IMG/VR virus record: IMGVR_UViG_3300017971_000268
Reading direction: 5' to 3' (one strand)
Source: an uncultured virus (IMG/VR IMGVR_UViG_3300017971_000268)
Taxonomy: Duplodnaviria > Heunggongvirae > Uroviricota > Caudoviricetes
DNA length: 64,000 nt
This document shows, in pieces, positions 8,401 through 17,197 of the stretch. How positions within the stretch are numbered: the first letter of the stretch is position 1; the number at the start of each line of letters is the position of its first letter. The notes below the pieces were generated by a model that saw nothing but the letters and a program-made list of their open reading frames with translations, had not been told where the DNA came from and made no database searches. Both the position numbers and the translations under genes were made by a program.

Positions 8401-11245
8401 TAATGACTGGATTGCTGTAAATAAAAACGATGCTTTACCTTTTGGGAATCAAGGTAATTACTATGATGGTTTTTTTATTGGATGGATTTATGGAGATGGT
8501 GCTGTAGGTAATAGATCTACTGGTGAAAGAATCACTTCTTTATGTGTTTCTGAAGAAGCATTTAAAATGGGTATTGGAGATATTCTTTTAGAAAAGTTGC
8601 ATATGATAACAGGCGGAAAGCAAAAGTGGATTGATAGAACAGTCGATAAATCAACTTATGAAATGACTATTACCAATAAAAAATTAGATGATTATCTTGA
8701 TTCTTTTGAAGTTAAAAGGAAAGAACACGGTTTACCAAAATTTATTTTTAATAAAGCTAGTGAAGATTTTAGGAAAGGTTTTCTTGATGGTATTTTATCG
8801 AGTGATGGACATATTGAACAATCAACAAAAAATTCATATAGGTTAACCTTTATATCGAGTCATAAAAAAATAGCAGAGGACATATCAACTCTTTTTGGTA
8901 TGTATGGTATAAAAAATTCTATTATGTTTAAACAAACTACAGCATCTTTTCCTAACGGAAGAGATTATGATAGGTTATATAATAGATATACTGTTCGTGT
9001 CTCAGATATTCATTCGATGCAACATTTATCTAGTTTACTTTCTTTAAAAAACACTAAAAATGATGAGAGATTAAGTAGTGTTCAAAACATAGAACCTCGT
9101 CATACAATAAACAAAAATAATATTAAAGTTATTAGTGTTGAAGAGACAGATTTGTTTGAAGATGTTTGGGATGTTTCTGTTTTTGATGATACTCATTGTT
9201 TTCAATTAACTCAATGTGTTACTGGAAACTGTGGCGAAGTCCTCCTTCGGGACAAATCTCTCTGCAATTTAACAGAAGTTGTTATTAAGCCAGAAGATAA
9301 TTTTGATTCTCTTAAAAGAAAGATAAAAATAGCAACTATGCTAGGTACGTGGCAAGCAGCACTTACAAATTTTAAATTTGGTAGTAAAAAATGGAAAGAG
9401 AATTGTGACGAAGAAGCATTGTTAGGAGTATCCTTGACTGGTGCTAGAGATCACAAAATATTGGGAACAGTAAATGATACTGCAAAGAAATGGATAGCGG
9501 ATTTAAAGCACATAGCTATTGCGACCAATAAGAAAATTGCACCAAAGATTGGAATTAATAGAGCCGCCGCAATTACCTGTATAAAACCATCTGGATGTTT
9601 GTCTGTAGATTCTTTAATTACTACAAACGAAGGTATTTTAGAATTACAAGAAATAGGAGATGTTGTTGGAGATGCTTGGCAAGATCATAAAATTTATGTT
9701 GAGCAAGAGAATTCCGCAGAACTATCAACTAAATTTCATGTTAATGGAGAAAGTCCTACTAAACTTATTCATATGAGTTCAGGAGTTGTGTTGGAATCTA
9801 CTTTAAATCACAAATTTAGGGTTATGGAAAAAGGCGAGTATGTTTGGAAAGAGGCGAGGGATATAATAAACGGGGATTGTCTTCCTTATAAAATTGGGGG
9901 GTATGCGGGAGGTTCTTACCAAGAGTTAACAAAAGTTTCTCCTCCGTATTGTAATGTTAAAGAAATATTACAACCAGAGAAATTAGAAGAAGATTTAGCA
10001 TACGTTCTTGGACTGTATGCTGGAGATGGTAGTACTCATAAAAAAGGCATACGTATAGCAGGACATATTGATAAGAAAGAAAGTTTGTATAAAGCATCAG
10101 AAATTATTAAAAGATTTTTTAATATAGATTGTATTATTTATGAAAGAACATCTGGAAATAATGCTGATTTGTATGCAAATTCTACTTTTTTATTATCTTT
10201 TTTAAGAGCTAATGATTTAGTTAAAAATAAAACAGAACATGTTGAGATTCCATTGGTTATTAGAAAATCTCCTGCTTCAGTAATAAAAGCATTTGTAGAC
10301 GGTTTGTTTGATGCAGATGGTTGTGAGTCTTCTAGTGGATACAAAATATTATGTACTGTGTCTGAAAAGTTAGCAAAACAACTACCTGTAGTTTTAAGAT
10401 GTCTTGGATATGCTTGTTCTTGTAAATTAATGCCTCCAACGAAATCTTCATTAGGTAATAGGATGAGGTATAGAATTACAATTGTGAGAGGAAGAGATGG
10501 GGAATACAACAAAAGTGGTCTTGGAAAATACTATAAAATGTTGGATGATTTCAATATGAAAAATTTCATACCAGATATTGTTGAGTATGTTGAAGATAGT
10601 CATAGTAACACAGCAGATTTGGAAGTTCCTAATAATAATACATATATTGCCAATTCTTATGTTAGTCATAATACTGTATCCTTATTAGTTGATTGTTCAC
10701 CAGGGGCACATACTCGGCAAACAAGCACGGGATATTATATAAGGAGAGTTAGAATATCAGCTACTGACCCACTATGTTCATTGTTAAGGGAACAAGGTAT
10801 TCCAGCACTTCCAGAAGTTGGGCAATCAAAAGATAATTGCAGTACATTTGTTTTAGAATTCCCTTGCAAAGCACCAAAAGGGGCTAAAACAAAATATGGA
10901 GAAACAGCAAAAGAACAATTAGAATATTGGAAGATGTATAGAGATTTTTATTGTGAACACAACCCATCAATAACAATTTCTGTTAAAGAGGATGAGTGGT
11001 TAGATACAGCAGCGTGGGTTTATAAAAATTTTGATAATATTGGAGGATTGACTTTTTTGCCATCTAGCGATCATGTATATCAACTAGCTCCTTATGAGGA
11101 TATTGATAGAGAAGAATATGAAAAAAGATTAAAAGATTTTCCTAAAAATATAGATTTTAGTGTATTATCAAAATATGAAAAAGAAGATGCAACGGAAGGT
11201 GCTAGAGAGTTTGCTTGTTCTGGAGACAAGTGCGAATTAGTCTAA
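5435..11245 (+). CDS. nrdJ: class II (AdoCbl-dependent) ribonucleotide reductase with four inteins; spliced product about 640 aa
   Basis: Exteins join to RTYSRW...RETW, GYNCAF, GGRASGPEP, VVGGTRRSA, GTNPCGEV, KPSGTVSLL and C-terminal ACSGDKCEL. Confidence 0.95.
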   Translation: MNKNVFKTAFQEFIFVRTYSRWLDKENRRETWEEAVDRYCTYMKEKHGDKISDKEYKDVHDSILNMEVMPSMRAMWVAGKALDIENFSGYNCLGEDTEFVTDKGVKSFRDFKDGDKIVVLTHKNNWKKAVVKNFGKQKLNKITYGLGGRGLDNIVYATEDHRWFLNDSEEVVTEIKEKDNLLKSCYRKTFDFDSATPEEKTYWCYGFVYGDGTKIKRNGEYKHSLVRLLGDKKIYLNRFEEVGFKTSVSDSIDGGCYAYTGEYLKTLPKIEKEPLGKIEAFVDGLLCADGGRKYVKDNFYFCNIQQSGEEGISFIRKAFPMCGYFIVREDDYTGETTNYGERNKTIRFSFNNPYATEYNSLYTVRKIDVSYKEEDVWCLVVEDDKSFVLKNGLVTGNCAFTTIQNLKDFAEILYILMNGTGVGFSVERKFVNNLPLIQEVNTNEAKEMITFADSKLGWAKGYEKVLNCLWNGIDFECDYSKIRPRGSRLKTFGGRACLTGNTVVYKDRKKSRGCNEITIKDLYDMKVSGKRKHFSESNQPGPSHFNKVKLRSLDEESGVFFRNQLIDVVDNGVAPIFEIVTESGYKIKATSNHRFMKDTGEWCYVSDFSNGDLIAINGSKEKKTGVCIDCGIFVSRRAIRCRSCANKNQQKNDCLPTTVRQRKECQKDKKDFCELCKHNGSVSKLQVHHKDGNPYNNKKENKQTLCEKCHRKEDARRTTFGNPYSHRYLSYDKIVSVDYVGKEQVYDLVMEAPNHNFVANGFVSHNSGPEPLKNLVDFTTDIVEQNRGYRIQPIDAHDICCKIAEIVVVGGTRRSALLSLSDLTDNQMAHAKSGEFWNTAPQRSMSNNSVSYTRKPDMVSFLDEWKNLYKSKSGERGFFNRVATQKKASENDRRDGSKVIGTNPSLRKGTKIITTDGLLNIEDLEGKEFDIINLNGKVSKAKCWLSGKSKKLYRVKFVGGHEYYCTAEHKWPVYEDGEYFKKETTEIFSNDWIAVNKNDALPFGNQGNYYDGFFIGWIYGDGAVGNRSTGERITSLCVSEEAFKMGIGDILLEKLHMITGGKQKWIDRTVDKSTYEMTITNKKLDDYLDSFEVKRKEHGLPKFIFNKASEDFRKGFLDGILSSDGHIEQSTKNSYRLTFISSHKKIAEDISTLFGMYGIKNSIMFKQTTASFPNGRDYDRLYNRYTVRVSDIHSMQHLSSLLSLKNTKNDERLSSVQNIEPRHTINKNNIKVISVEETDLFEDVWDVSVFDDTHCFQLTQCVTGNCGEVLLRDKSLCNLTEVVIKPEDNFDSLKRKIKIATMLGTWQAALTNFKFGSKKWKENCDEEALLGVSLTGARDHKILGTVNDTAKKWIADLKHIAIATNKKIAPKIGINRAAAITCIKPSGCLSVDSLITTNEGILELQEIGDVVGDAWQDHKIYVEQENSAELSTKFHVNGESPTKLIHMSSGVVLESTLNHKFRVMEKGEYVWKEARDIINGDCLPYKIGGYAGGSYQELTKVSPPYCNVKEILQPEKLEEDLAYVLGLYAGDGSTHKKGIRIAGHIDKKESLYKASEIIKRFFNIDCIIYERTSGNNADLYANSTFLLSFLRANDLVKNKTEHVEIPLVIRKSPASVIKAFVDGLFDADGCESSSGYKILCTVSEKLAKQLPVVLRCLGYACSCKLMPPTKSSLGNRMRYRITIVRGRDGEYNKSGLGKYYKMLDDFNMKNFIPDIVEYVEDSHSNTADLEVPNNNTYIANSYVSHNTVSLLVDCSPGAHTRQTSTGYYIRRVRISATDPLCSLLREQGIPALPEVGQSKDNCSTFVLEFPCKAPKGAKTKYGETAKEQLEYWKMYRDFYCEHNPSITISVKEDEWLDTAAWVYKNFDNIGGLTFLPSSDHVYQLAPYEDIDREEYEKRLKDFPKNIDFSVLSKYEKEDATEGAREFACSGDKCELV
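5708..6625 (+). mobile_element. intein NrdJ-1 (LAGLIDADG, 306 aa)
   Basis: N|CLGEDT...VTGN|C; FVYGDG and LLCADG motifs. Confidence 0.9.
6923..7732 (+). mobile_element. intein NrdJ-2 (HNH type, 270 aa)
   Basis: A|CLTGNT...VSHN|S; CELC...VHHKDGNPYNN...LCEKCH. Confidence 0.9.
8147..9229 (+). mobile_element. intein NrdJ-3 (LAGLIDADG, 361 aa, Ser1)
   Basis: NP|SLRKGT...VTGN|CGE; WIYGDG and ILSSDG. Confidence 0.9.
9596..10672 (+). mobile_element. intein NrdJ-4 (LAGLIDADG, 359 aa)
   Basis: SG|CLSVDS...VSHN|T; LYAGDG and LFDADG. Confidence 0.9.
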
Positions 11246-11257
11246 AGGAGAATTAAT

Positions 11258-11938
11258 ATGAAACAATTATTGGATTTAACTAATGTTTCTACTAAAAGAT
11301 GTTTTATAGTTGGAGAACTTAATGGTAATTATGATATTCTTATGAGGATGTTGTATGAACAAAGATTCTCTCACAACGATACTCTTATTGTTACTGGTGA
11401 TTTTTTTAATGTAGATTATATTAAATCGATAGATGCTACTGTCTTTTTAAGGAATTCTATGAATTGTTATTCTGTAAAGGGTAGCAAAGAAATCAGGCTA
11501 TTGGAAAATCTGGAAAATCAAGACAAAGTTGAAGATGTTCATAACAAATTACAGGGAAAACTGAAAGAGCCATTAGTTGAATTCATAAAAGAACTCCCTT
11601 TAATAATTAAGATTAGGGATTATTATATCATTAATGCTGGTGTTGATCCCTCAAAAACATTAGATGAACAGGATTTGGAGGTGTTTTATAGTATAGGAGA
11701 GTATGATAAAGATAGTCGTTTCTATCAATATCCTAATCCAGAGGGATCTTCTTGGTATAATACACCATATTTAGTAGAGGGAAAGCATGTTAAGATATGT
11801 TTCAGTAAGATTTATCTAGATGATATTGAAGTTCCGGCAGGATATAATTTAGGCACTAATTCTCAAGTTCAGCCATTACTGAGGACTTTAATTCTTGATA
11901 AAACACAAGAAATTCCAGTTATTATTAAGACAAAGTAG
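11258..11938 (+). CDS. calcineurin-like (NinI/PPP) metallophosphoesterase homolog with degenerate active site
   Basis: Motif spacing retained but GELNG, GDFFNVD, GSKE, NAG replace GDxHG, GDxxDRG, GNHE, HAG. Confidence 0.75.
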   Translation: MKQLLDLTNVSTKRCFIVGELNGNYDILMRMLYEQRFSHNDTLIVTGDFFNVDYIKSIDATVFLRNSMNCYSVKGSKEIRLLENLENQDKVEDVHNKLQGKLKEPLVEFIKELPLIIKIRDYYIINAGVDPSKTLDEQDLEVFYSIGEYDKDSRFYQYPNPEGSSWYNTPYLVEGKHVKICFSKIYLDDIEVPAGYNLGTNSQVQPLLRTLILDKTQEIPVIIKTK

Positions 11939-12001
11939 ACTTAACATTTAAGAAATAATTCTTATATTTTATTTGTATAATGAATTAGGAGGACTTTTAG
12001 A

Positions 12002-12451
12002 ATGAATAGAAAAAATTGGAACAGTTCAGATATGGAATATATTGTACCATTATACAGAATGGCTATGTCAAGAGTTCCTAATGAGAAAATAGCAGATTGG
12101 TTGGCTGTAAATGGAATGAGATATTCAAATCAACTAGTTAAAAGGACTTTGAGGATGGCTGCAAGGGAAGATTTAATAGATTATCTCATCAAGGAAGAAG
12201 AAATAAACCTTGGTGATGATATTAAATCAAGAATGACTGCAAGGATAGGAAAGGTTATAGGTATTAGACCAGATGGTGATACTATTGAAGTTAAATGGGA
12301 AACGGGTGGAAGACAACTTCTATCAAAAGAAAGCGTTTTCAAATTAAGGACTAAAGAAATTGTTGAAACTAAAGACTTTTCAAAAGTTTGTACTCCAAAG
12401 GATGACACATATAAGAAAATGGAAGAACAAAATATTTACCCAAAAGGATAA
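12002..12451 (+). CDS. hypothetical protein, possible SH3/KOW-like C-terminal domain
   Basis: LGDDIKS...IGKVIGIRPDGDTIEVKW; strong RBS. Confidence 0.6.
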   Translation: MNRKNWNSSDMEYIVPLYRMAMSRVPNEKIADWLAVNGMRYSNQLVKRTLRMAAREDLIDYLIKEEEINLGDDIKSRMTARIGKVIGIRPDGDTIEVKWETGGRQLLSKESVFKLRTKEIVETKDFSKVCTPKDDTYKKMEEQNIYPKG

Positions 12452-12456
12452 AAATA

Positions 12457-12585
12457 ATGAGACCTGATTTAAAGGATATGCAAAGTGCTGAAATTTATAG
12501 AAGGCTTGATGAAAGATTAAAAAAGAAAAAAGAAAAAGAGATTAAAGAATCTCAAGATACTCAATCAAAAGAAAATGAAGATTAA
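12457..12585 (+). CDS. small charged protein, 42 aa
   Basis: MRPDLKDMQSAEIYRRLDERLKKKK...; AAGGA RBS. Confidence 0.4.
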   Translation: MRPDLKDMQSAEIYRRLDERLKKKKEKEIKESQDTQSKENED

Positions 12586-12615
12586 ACCTATTAAAATTTA
12601 AAGGAGATATATGAT

Positions 12616-12777
12616 ATGGAAAGATTAGATGAAAACAGCACTAAATTTAAGGTTCAGAAACTTATTGAAGGTATGATAACGAGAGTTTTCAATGGTTCTG
12701 TTCCAGAAACTACATTAATCCCCGTTGTGGAGGAAATTGACAAACTCTATAAAGAGGGGAAAGAAAATATAACATAA
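12616..12777 (+). CDS. small hypothetical protein, 53 aa
   Basis: MERLDENSTKFKVQKL...; AAGGAG RBS. Confidence 0.5.
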   Translation: MERLDENSTKFKVQKLIEGMITRVFNGSVPETTLIPVVEEIDKLYKEGKENIT

Positions 12778-12787
12778 GAACATAGGA

Positions 12788-13723
12788 ATGAGCATATTAG
12801 ATTATCAGCACGACACATTGTCTCCAAGAATTTGGAGATCAACTGGAGAGTTACGACAAGGTGTTCAGGAATTTATATTTGATTCTTTAAAAGCTTTTTT
12901 TGAGCATGAAGATATTACTGGTTGGGAAGAGTTTGTTAAAAGAATCTACATAGGTAGCAGTCTCGCTACCTATTTTTATACTGAAACATCTGATTTAGAT
13001 GTTAAAGTCATAGTAGATGTTGATTCATTCAGAGAAAACAATAAAAGAATGGAAAGTCTCTTTGATGATGATATCTTAGAATACTTGATAGATGCTGGAC
13101 GAAAGAGTTACTGGTTAACCGCTATGGTTCCAGGGACTTTACATGTCCTAGACTTTTATTTTTATTCTACAACTGAAGCTAAAGAAATAAACCTATTAAA
13201 ATATGATAGTCTATATGATGTTATTGAAAACAAGTGGATAAAAGAACCTAAAAAATTAATAGGAGGGTTATCTCCTATTGCTGTTTTAAATTTTGCTAAA
13301 GAAAAAGCACAGCCATATCTAGATAGTCTAACTTTAAACATAGCTAAAACAAAGAGAGACACTATTGATTTAATGGTCCTCATAGATTATCTAAAAACTT
13401 TGGATGGTGATGATTTAAGTAGTTATGCAATGGCTGTTGTAGAAAGTTTAGATGTGGTTAACAATGATATTGAAGAATTAATTGAAGATCGTGATATCAT
13501 AAGGAATTTAAGACACACGACTTTTGAAAAGAAAGAACTACGTTCAGAATTAGAAAAAATAATGGGTTCAATTAACTACTCAGATGAGAATCTTATTTTT
13601 AAAGTTCTTCAGCGTTATGGTTATATGAGAATTTTATCGGAGATAAAAGAATTATTTAGAGATAAGCACATATCTCTAGAAGAAATACCTGAACTTGCAG
13701 AAATTTTAAACATAAGGGAGTAA
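12788..13723 (+). CDS. Pol-beta superfamily nucleotidyltransferase
   Basis: IYIGSSLA...SDLDVKVIVD (GS, DxD), probable third acidic residue in LDFY; helical C-terminal domain. Confidence 0.75.
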   Translation: MSILDYQHDTLSPRIWRSTGELRQGVQEFIFDSLKAFFEHEDITGWEEFVKRIYIGSSLATYFYTETSDLDVKVIVDVDSFRENNKRMESLFDDDILEYLIDAGRKSYWLTAMVPGTLHVLDFYFYSTTEAKEINLLKYDSLYDVIENKWIKEPKKLIGGLSPIAVLNFAKEKAQPYLDSLTLNIAKTKRDTIDLMVLIDYLKTLDGDDLSSYAMAVVESLDVVNNDIEELIEDRDIIRNLRHTTFEKKELRSELEKIMGSINYSDENLIFKVLQRYGYMRILSEIKELFRDKHISLEEIPELAEILNIRE

Positions 13724-13724
13724 C

Positions 13725-15005
13725 ATGGAAAAGCAAGCAGGGAAAATTCTAGATTTCTTTAAATCTTTTTTTAGTAACAAGATTGAAGATATTGGTACGG
13801 AGCCTTCTTTGACAGAAGAAGAACAAGCCAAAGAAAAAGAACTTGAAGTAGAAACCACTCAGGAAAAGATAGACGAAAGGGAAGAGCAAGGAATTCCAGA
13901 AGAACAACCCCCAATAGATAACGAAGTTTTAATTGATGATATTGAAGAAGAAACAGGAGAAGTTGAAAAACATCCTTATAAGATAATCTTACCTCCAGAA
14001 CTAGAAGCACGATTAGGTGATCCCGCAGTAGATCACTCATATTCAGCTTTAAAATATTTAGAGAGTCTCGGATACAAGACGTTTCGTTTTGTTGTAAATC
14101 CAGCATCTTCTCACAAATCCGATATTTGTGATGAGATAGCGAAAAAGAATCCTTGGGAACTTACACCACATCTACAAAATGCTGTAGCAGAGGCCAATGC
14201 AAAAGGATATCCTGTTGCTCCGATATTTTTTTTGACTCATGTCAACTCTTGGGGTTATTTGTGGGTACATGCACCTACAAGTATTGACCAGATTCCTAAT
14301 AATGCCCCTGGAATTCATATGTATGATGACCAAGAAGATATTGATTATGATAAGGATCAATTATTAACTTTTTTGGAGGATGTTATTGTTGATAGATATA
14401 CGTTAGCACCAGACATGTTTGAAACGATTACACCAGTAGGTGAACTACACAAAGAACTGTTTGAAGAGGAAGGTCCCTTTAGTTTTGAAACAGTTGAACC
14501 TACTGGAGAAAAAAGTACAAGGTTTTTTTCCAATAAAAATAAAGTAAAATATGGGGAATATAATAATGACGAAACAGTTAAGCATTCTGGAGATGTTCCA
14601 ACAAGATGTTTTTCCAATAATGACATAATAAAAAAATCTGATTCTAATTGGATAGAATCAGTTAAGCCTATTAAAACTAGGAAGAACACATTTATAAGAA
14701 ACGAAATAGGATTGGTTCAACTTATTCCTAAAGGCAGTATAGGAATTCAGATTGGTATTTATAATGATATTGCTAAAATATTCTTTTCTGATTTAGAAAG
14801 AGCGATATTAGTACCTAAAAATAGTGTAAAAATTGTAGAATTAAAAGAATCTGATAAAAATGAAGTTGACAGAGGAATGTTTGTGTCTATAGATGGAGAC
14901 TTAGCATTGGCAATGGGAATGATGGATGAGAATCTTCTTGTCTATGAGCCAGAATATGAAGATTATGTAGGTACAGATGAATGGCGGCTATTAGAGATCG
15001 TTTAA
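13725..15005 (+). CDS. acidic hypothetical protein with weak MuF-like segment
   Basis: Glu-rich N-terminus; FRFVV...DICD...THVNSWGYL. Confidence 0.55.
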   Translation: MEKQAGKILDFFKSFFSNKIEDIGTEPSLTEEEQAKEKELEVETTQEKIDEREEQGIPEEQPPIDNEVLIDDIEEETGEVEKHPYKIILPPELEARLGDPAVDHSYSALKYLESLGYKTFRFVVNPASSHKSDICDEIAKKNPWELTPHLQNAVAEANAKGYPVAPIFFLTHVNSWGYLWVHAPTSIDQIPNNAPGIHMYDDQEDIDYDKDQLLTFLEDVIVDRYTLAPDMFETITPVGELHKELFEEEGPFSFETVEPTGEKSTRFFSNKNKVKYGEYNNDETVKHSGDVPTRCFSNNDIIKKSDSNWIESVKPIKTRKNTFIRNEIGLVQLIPKGSIGIQIGIYNDIAKIFFSDLERAILVPKNSVKIVELKESDKNEVDRGMFVSIDGDLALAMGMMDENLLVYEPEYEDYVGTDEWRLLEIV

Positions 15006-15154
15006 GAAAGATACTCGAACAGGATTTAATATTAGAATTTAAAGATCACAACGCCCTAGAAAACCAAGAGAAATGGAACGCCACCCTAAAAATTATTAAA
15101 ACCAAAATTGAAAGTGTTATAGACAAGATAGAAGATGTTTATAAATCTCAATGA
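14981..15154 (+). CDS. small helical protein, 57 aa
   Basis: MAAIRDRLRKILEQDL...; fills the gap to the convergent gene. Confidence 0.45.
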   Translation: MAAIRDRLRKILEQDLILEFKDHNALENQEKWNATLKIIKTKIESVIDKIEDVYKSQ

Positions 15155-15735
15155 AACTTTGAATTGAACGAAGCTATTGTCATAATTAAATCCTCATTGT
15201 CAATGAATTCTTCCAAAGAAGATAAGTTTTGATGTGTTGATCCTTTTCTAACATATTCTTTTATTTGCAACATTTGATTTATCCTTGTAAAAGGATTATT
15301 GCAAGTTTTGTGCATATAAAGAAGATCTCCTAACCGTTTTCTTTTTAGCAATTTAATTATTGTATTTAAGAATGTTGAGTCTGGGAATGGCGGGGTATAA
15401 ATATAATACCCTCCGTTCGGTATTCTTTTTAGTAATTTATATTTTTCAAGACGTTTTATACGGTATTCTTGAGATGTTTCGGTAGTACCTAATGCCTCTG
15501 ATAGAAAGTTTAAACTAGGATTACATATAGGATTTTTATGTTTCCTTACTTGAATGTCTGATAAATCTTTTAAAATATAATAAGTTTCTTTATCCTGGGC
15601 AGATAAAACTTTATATCCGAATCTAATATACATTATGGGATTAACGGGATTACCAATATTAAGTTCTTCGAGAACAGTATCAATCCTAGATTGCCCACCA
15701 TTTGATGTAATCAAATACCAATCTTTATCTTTCAT
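15148..15735 (-). CDS. winged-HTH DNA-binding protein
   Basis: CNPSLNFLSEALGTTETSQEYRIKRLEKYKLLKR. Confidence 0.65.
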   Translation of the reverse strand: MKDKDWYLITSNGGQSRIDTVLEELNIGNPVNPIMYIRFGYKVLSAQDKETYYILKDLSDIQVRKHKNPICNPSLNFLSEALGTTETSQEYRIKRLEKYKLLKRIPNGGYYIYTPPFPDSTFLNTIIKLLKRKRLGDLLYMHKTCNNPFTRINQMLQIKEYVRKGSTHQNLSSLEEFIDNEDLIMTIASFNSKFH

Positions 15736-15879
15736 GCCATAGTGTTGTATGTTATTTTATTTTGTAAGAAAAACCTAATATCTTTTTAATGCAGAAATAA
15801 AGCAACAAAAATTTTTAAAATTAATATTTTTTTATTGTATTTTATTTTGTTTAATATATTGTTGTCACATACAATATGA

Positions 15880-16068
15880 TTGGAGGATATGAAATTAATG
15901 GGAAGAAAGAAAATAAATCCTGCGAGCAAGGCGGTAGTTGCTTCTTTTTCAGTAAGCCCACAACATGTTAAGATGATAGATGCCCTTGTAAAAAAAGAGA
16001 AGAAAGGTAAGTCAGTTTTAATTCAGAATTTAATAGAAAAAGAATACACCAAAAAAATAGGTAAATAG
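15880..16068 (+). CDS. ribbon-helix-helix (CopG-like) protein
   Basis: VASFSVSPQHVKMIDALVKKEKKGKSVLIQNLIEK. Confidence 0.7.
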   Translation: MEDMKLMGRKKINPASKAVVASFSVSPQHVKMIDALVKKEKKGKSVLIQNLIEKEYTKKIGK

Positions 16069-16070
16069 CA

Positions 16071-16658
16071 ATGCCGAGAACACTTGTTGACGAAAATAAC
16101 ATAAGTCCAAATACTTTTACTAATACAATGGAAGAAGTGTTTGGTAGATTTGAAGAAATGTATAAGCAGTTTCAAGAAGGTTTTTCTTATGATGAGTTTA
16201 GTAGTGTCAAAGTTCTTTTTGATACGAATATGGTTCGTTTAGATGATGTTACTGACATAGAGATAATAATAGATGAGATAAACAAAGTTTCTGGAAGAAT
16301 ATTTATGTATGGTGCTTTATATGAATCGCAACAAAGAGTTCTACATCAATTAGAGGATGAGTATGAAATATGGTTTGCTGAAAAGTATGTCATCGTGGAT
16401 TCAAACCCAGAACCAGCAGAAGATACTACAGAAGTAGGGAAAAAGATTAAAAAAAAGAAACAACGAACCGAAACACAAAAAGAACAATTAATAATTGTTG
16501 CTTATGGTGATGAGTATTCCGCATTTAAAGAAAGAATTAGGAACGAAACTAGAAGATTAGGTTTAGTTAAAAGAGTTGTTAATAGCCTCGATAGTTATTC
16601 CTACAAGCTTCATAGTATTTTAAACTACAGACAAATAGCATTACAAAAAGGATTATAA
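16071..16658 (+). CDS. UvsY-like recombination mediator (tentative)
   Basis: Helical protein, TETQKEQLI..., C-terminal SYKLHSILNYRQ; RecA, SSB and SF2 helicase in the same arm. Confidence 0.5.
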   Translation: MPRTLVDENNISPNTFTNTMEEVFGRFEEMYKQFQEGFSYDEFSSVKVLFDTNMVRLDDVTDIEIIIDEINKVSGRIFMYGALYESQQRVLHQLEDEYEIWFAEKYVIVDSNPEPAEDTTEVGKKIKKKKQRTETQKEQLIIVAYGDEYSAFKERIRNETRRLGLVKRVVNSLDSYSYKLHSILNYRQIALQKGL

Positions 16659-16684
16659 AATTAATAATTTTTTTAAAAAAATTG

Positions 16685-16713
16685 TTGACTTTTTTATGTC
16701 TCTTATATACATT
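16685..16713 (+). promoter_or_regulatory. sigma70-like promoter
   Basis: TTGACT-N17-TACATT with A-tract upstream. Confidence 0.7.
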
Positions 16714-16813
16714 GAGTTTAATGTATGATGTGTGTATAAATTAAAAAAATTTAATTTTATCATTAAAATTTTTAATTATTTAATTAATATTTATTAGTTA
16801 TATGAGGGATTAG

Positions 16814-16954
16814 ATGATTACGTGGATATTTATAGCGTGTGGCATACTTTTCCTAATTACGATAATAAGGATTATCGTCTCTGTCAAAGTTATTACAAAA
16901 GATCCTGATGATTTACAGGTTCGATTAGACGTAAAACAAAAGATGATGAAATAA
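16814..16954 (+). CDS. small membrane peptide, 46 aa
   Basis: MITWIFIACGILFLITIIRIIVSV...; GAGGG RBS. Confidence 0.5.
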   Translation: MITWIFIACGILFLITIIRIIVSVKVITKDPDDLQVRLDVKQKMMK

Positions 16955-17005
16955 TATGAATAAGATGATGCCTATTTTTAAGAATAAAAATGACAGAGGG
17001 AAATT

Positions 17006-17197
17006 ATGGAACTTAATGTTGAAGAGGCATCAAGAAAAATTTGTCCCATGTCTTTTTCTGTTTACGTTTTAGAAGATTCTGATTATAAAGAGAGTGTTTA
17101 TTCTATGTGTAAATCAGAAAAGTGTATGGCATGGTCGTGGACAAAGGAAGAGGAAAAGAAAGGTTATTGTAAATTCATAATTAATAAAATTGGATAG
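17006..17197 (+). CDS. Cys-rich hypothetical protein
   Basis: KICPM...CKSEKCMAWSW...GYC. Confidence 0.65.
   Translation: MELNVEEASRKICPMSFSVYVLEDSDYKESVYSMCKSEKCMAWSWTKEEEKKGYCKFIINKIG

Noticed and set aside
12788..13723. CBASS cyclase operon
   Set aside because: No effector or Cap genes adjacent; motifs support only the general NTase fold
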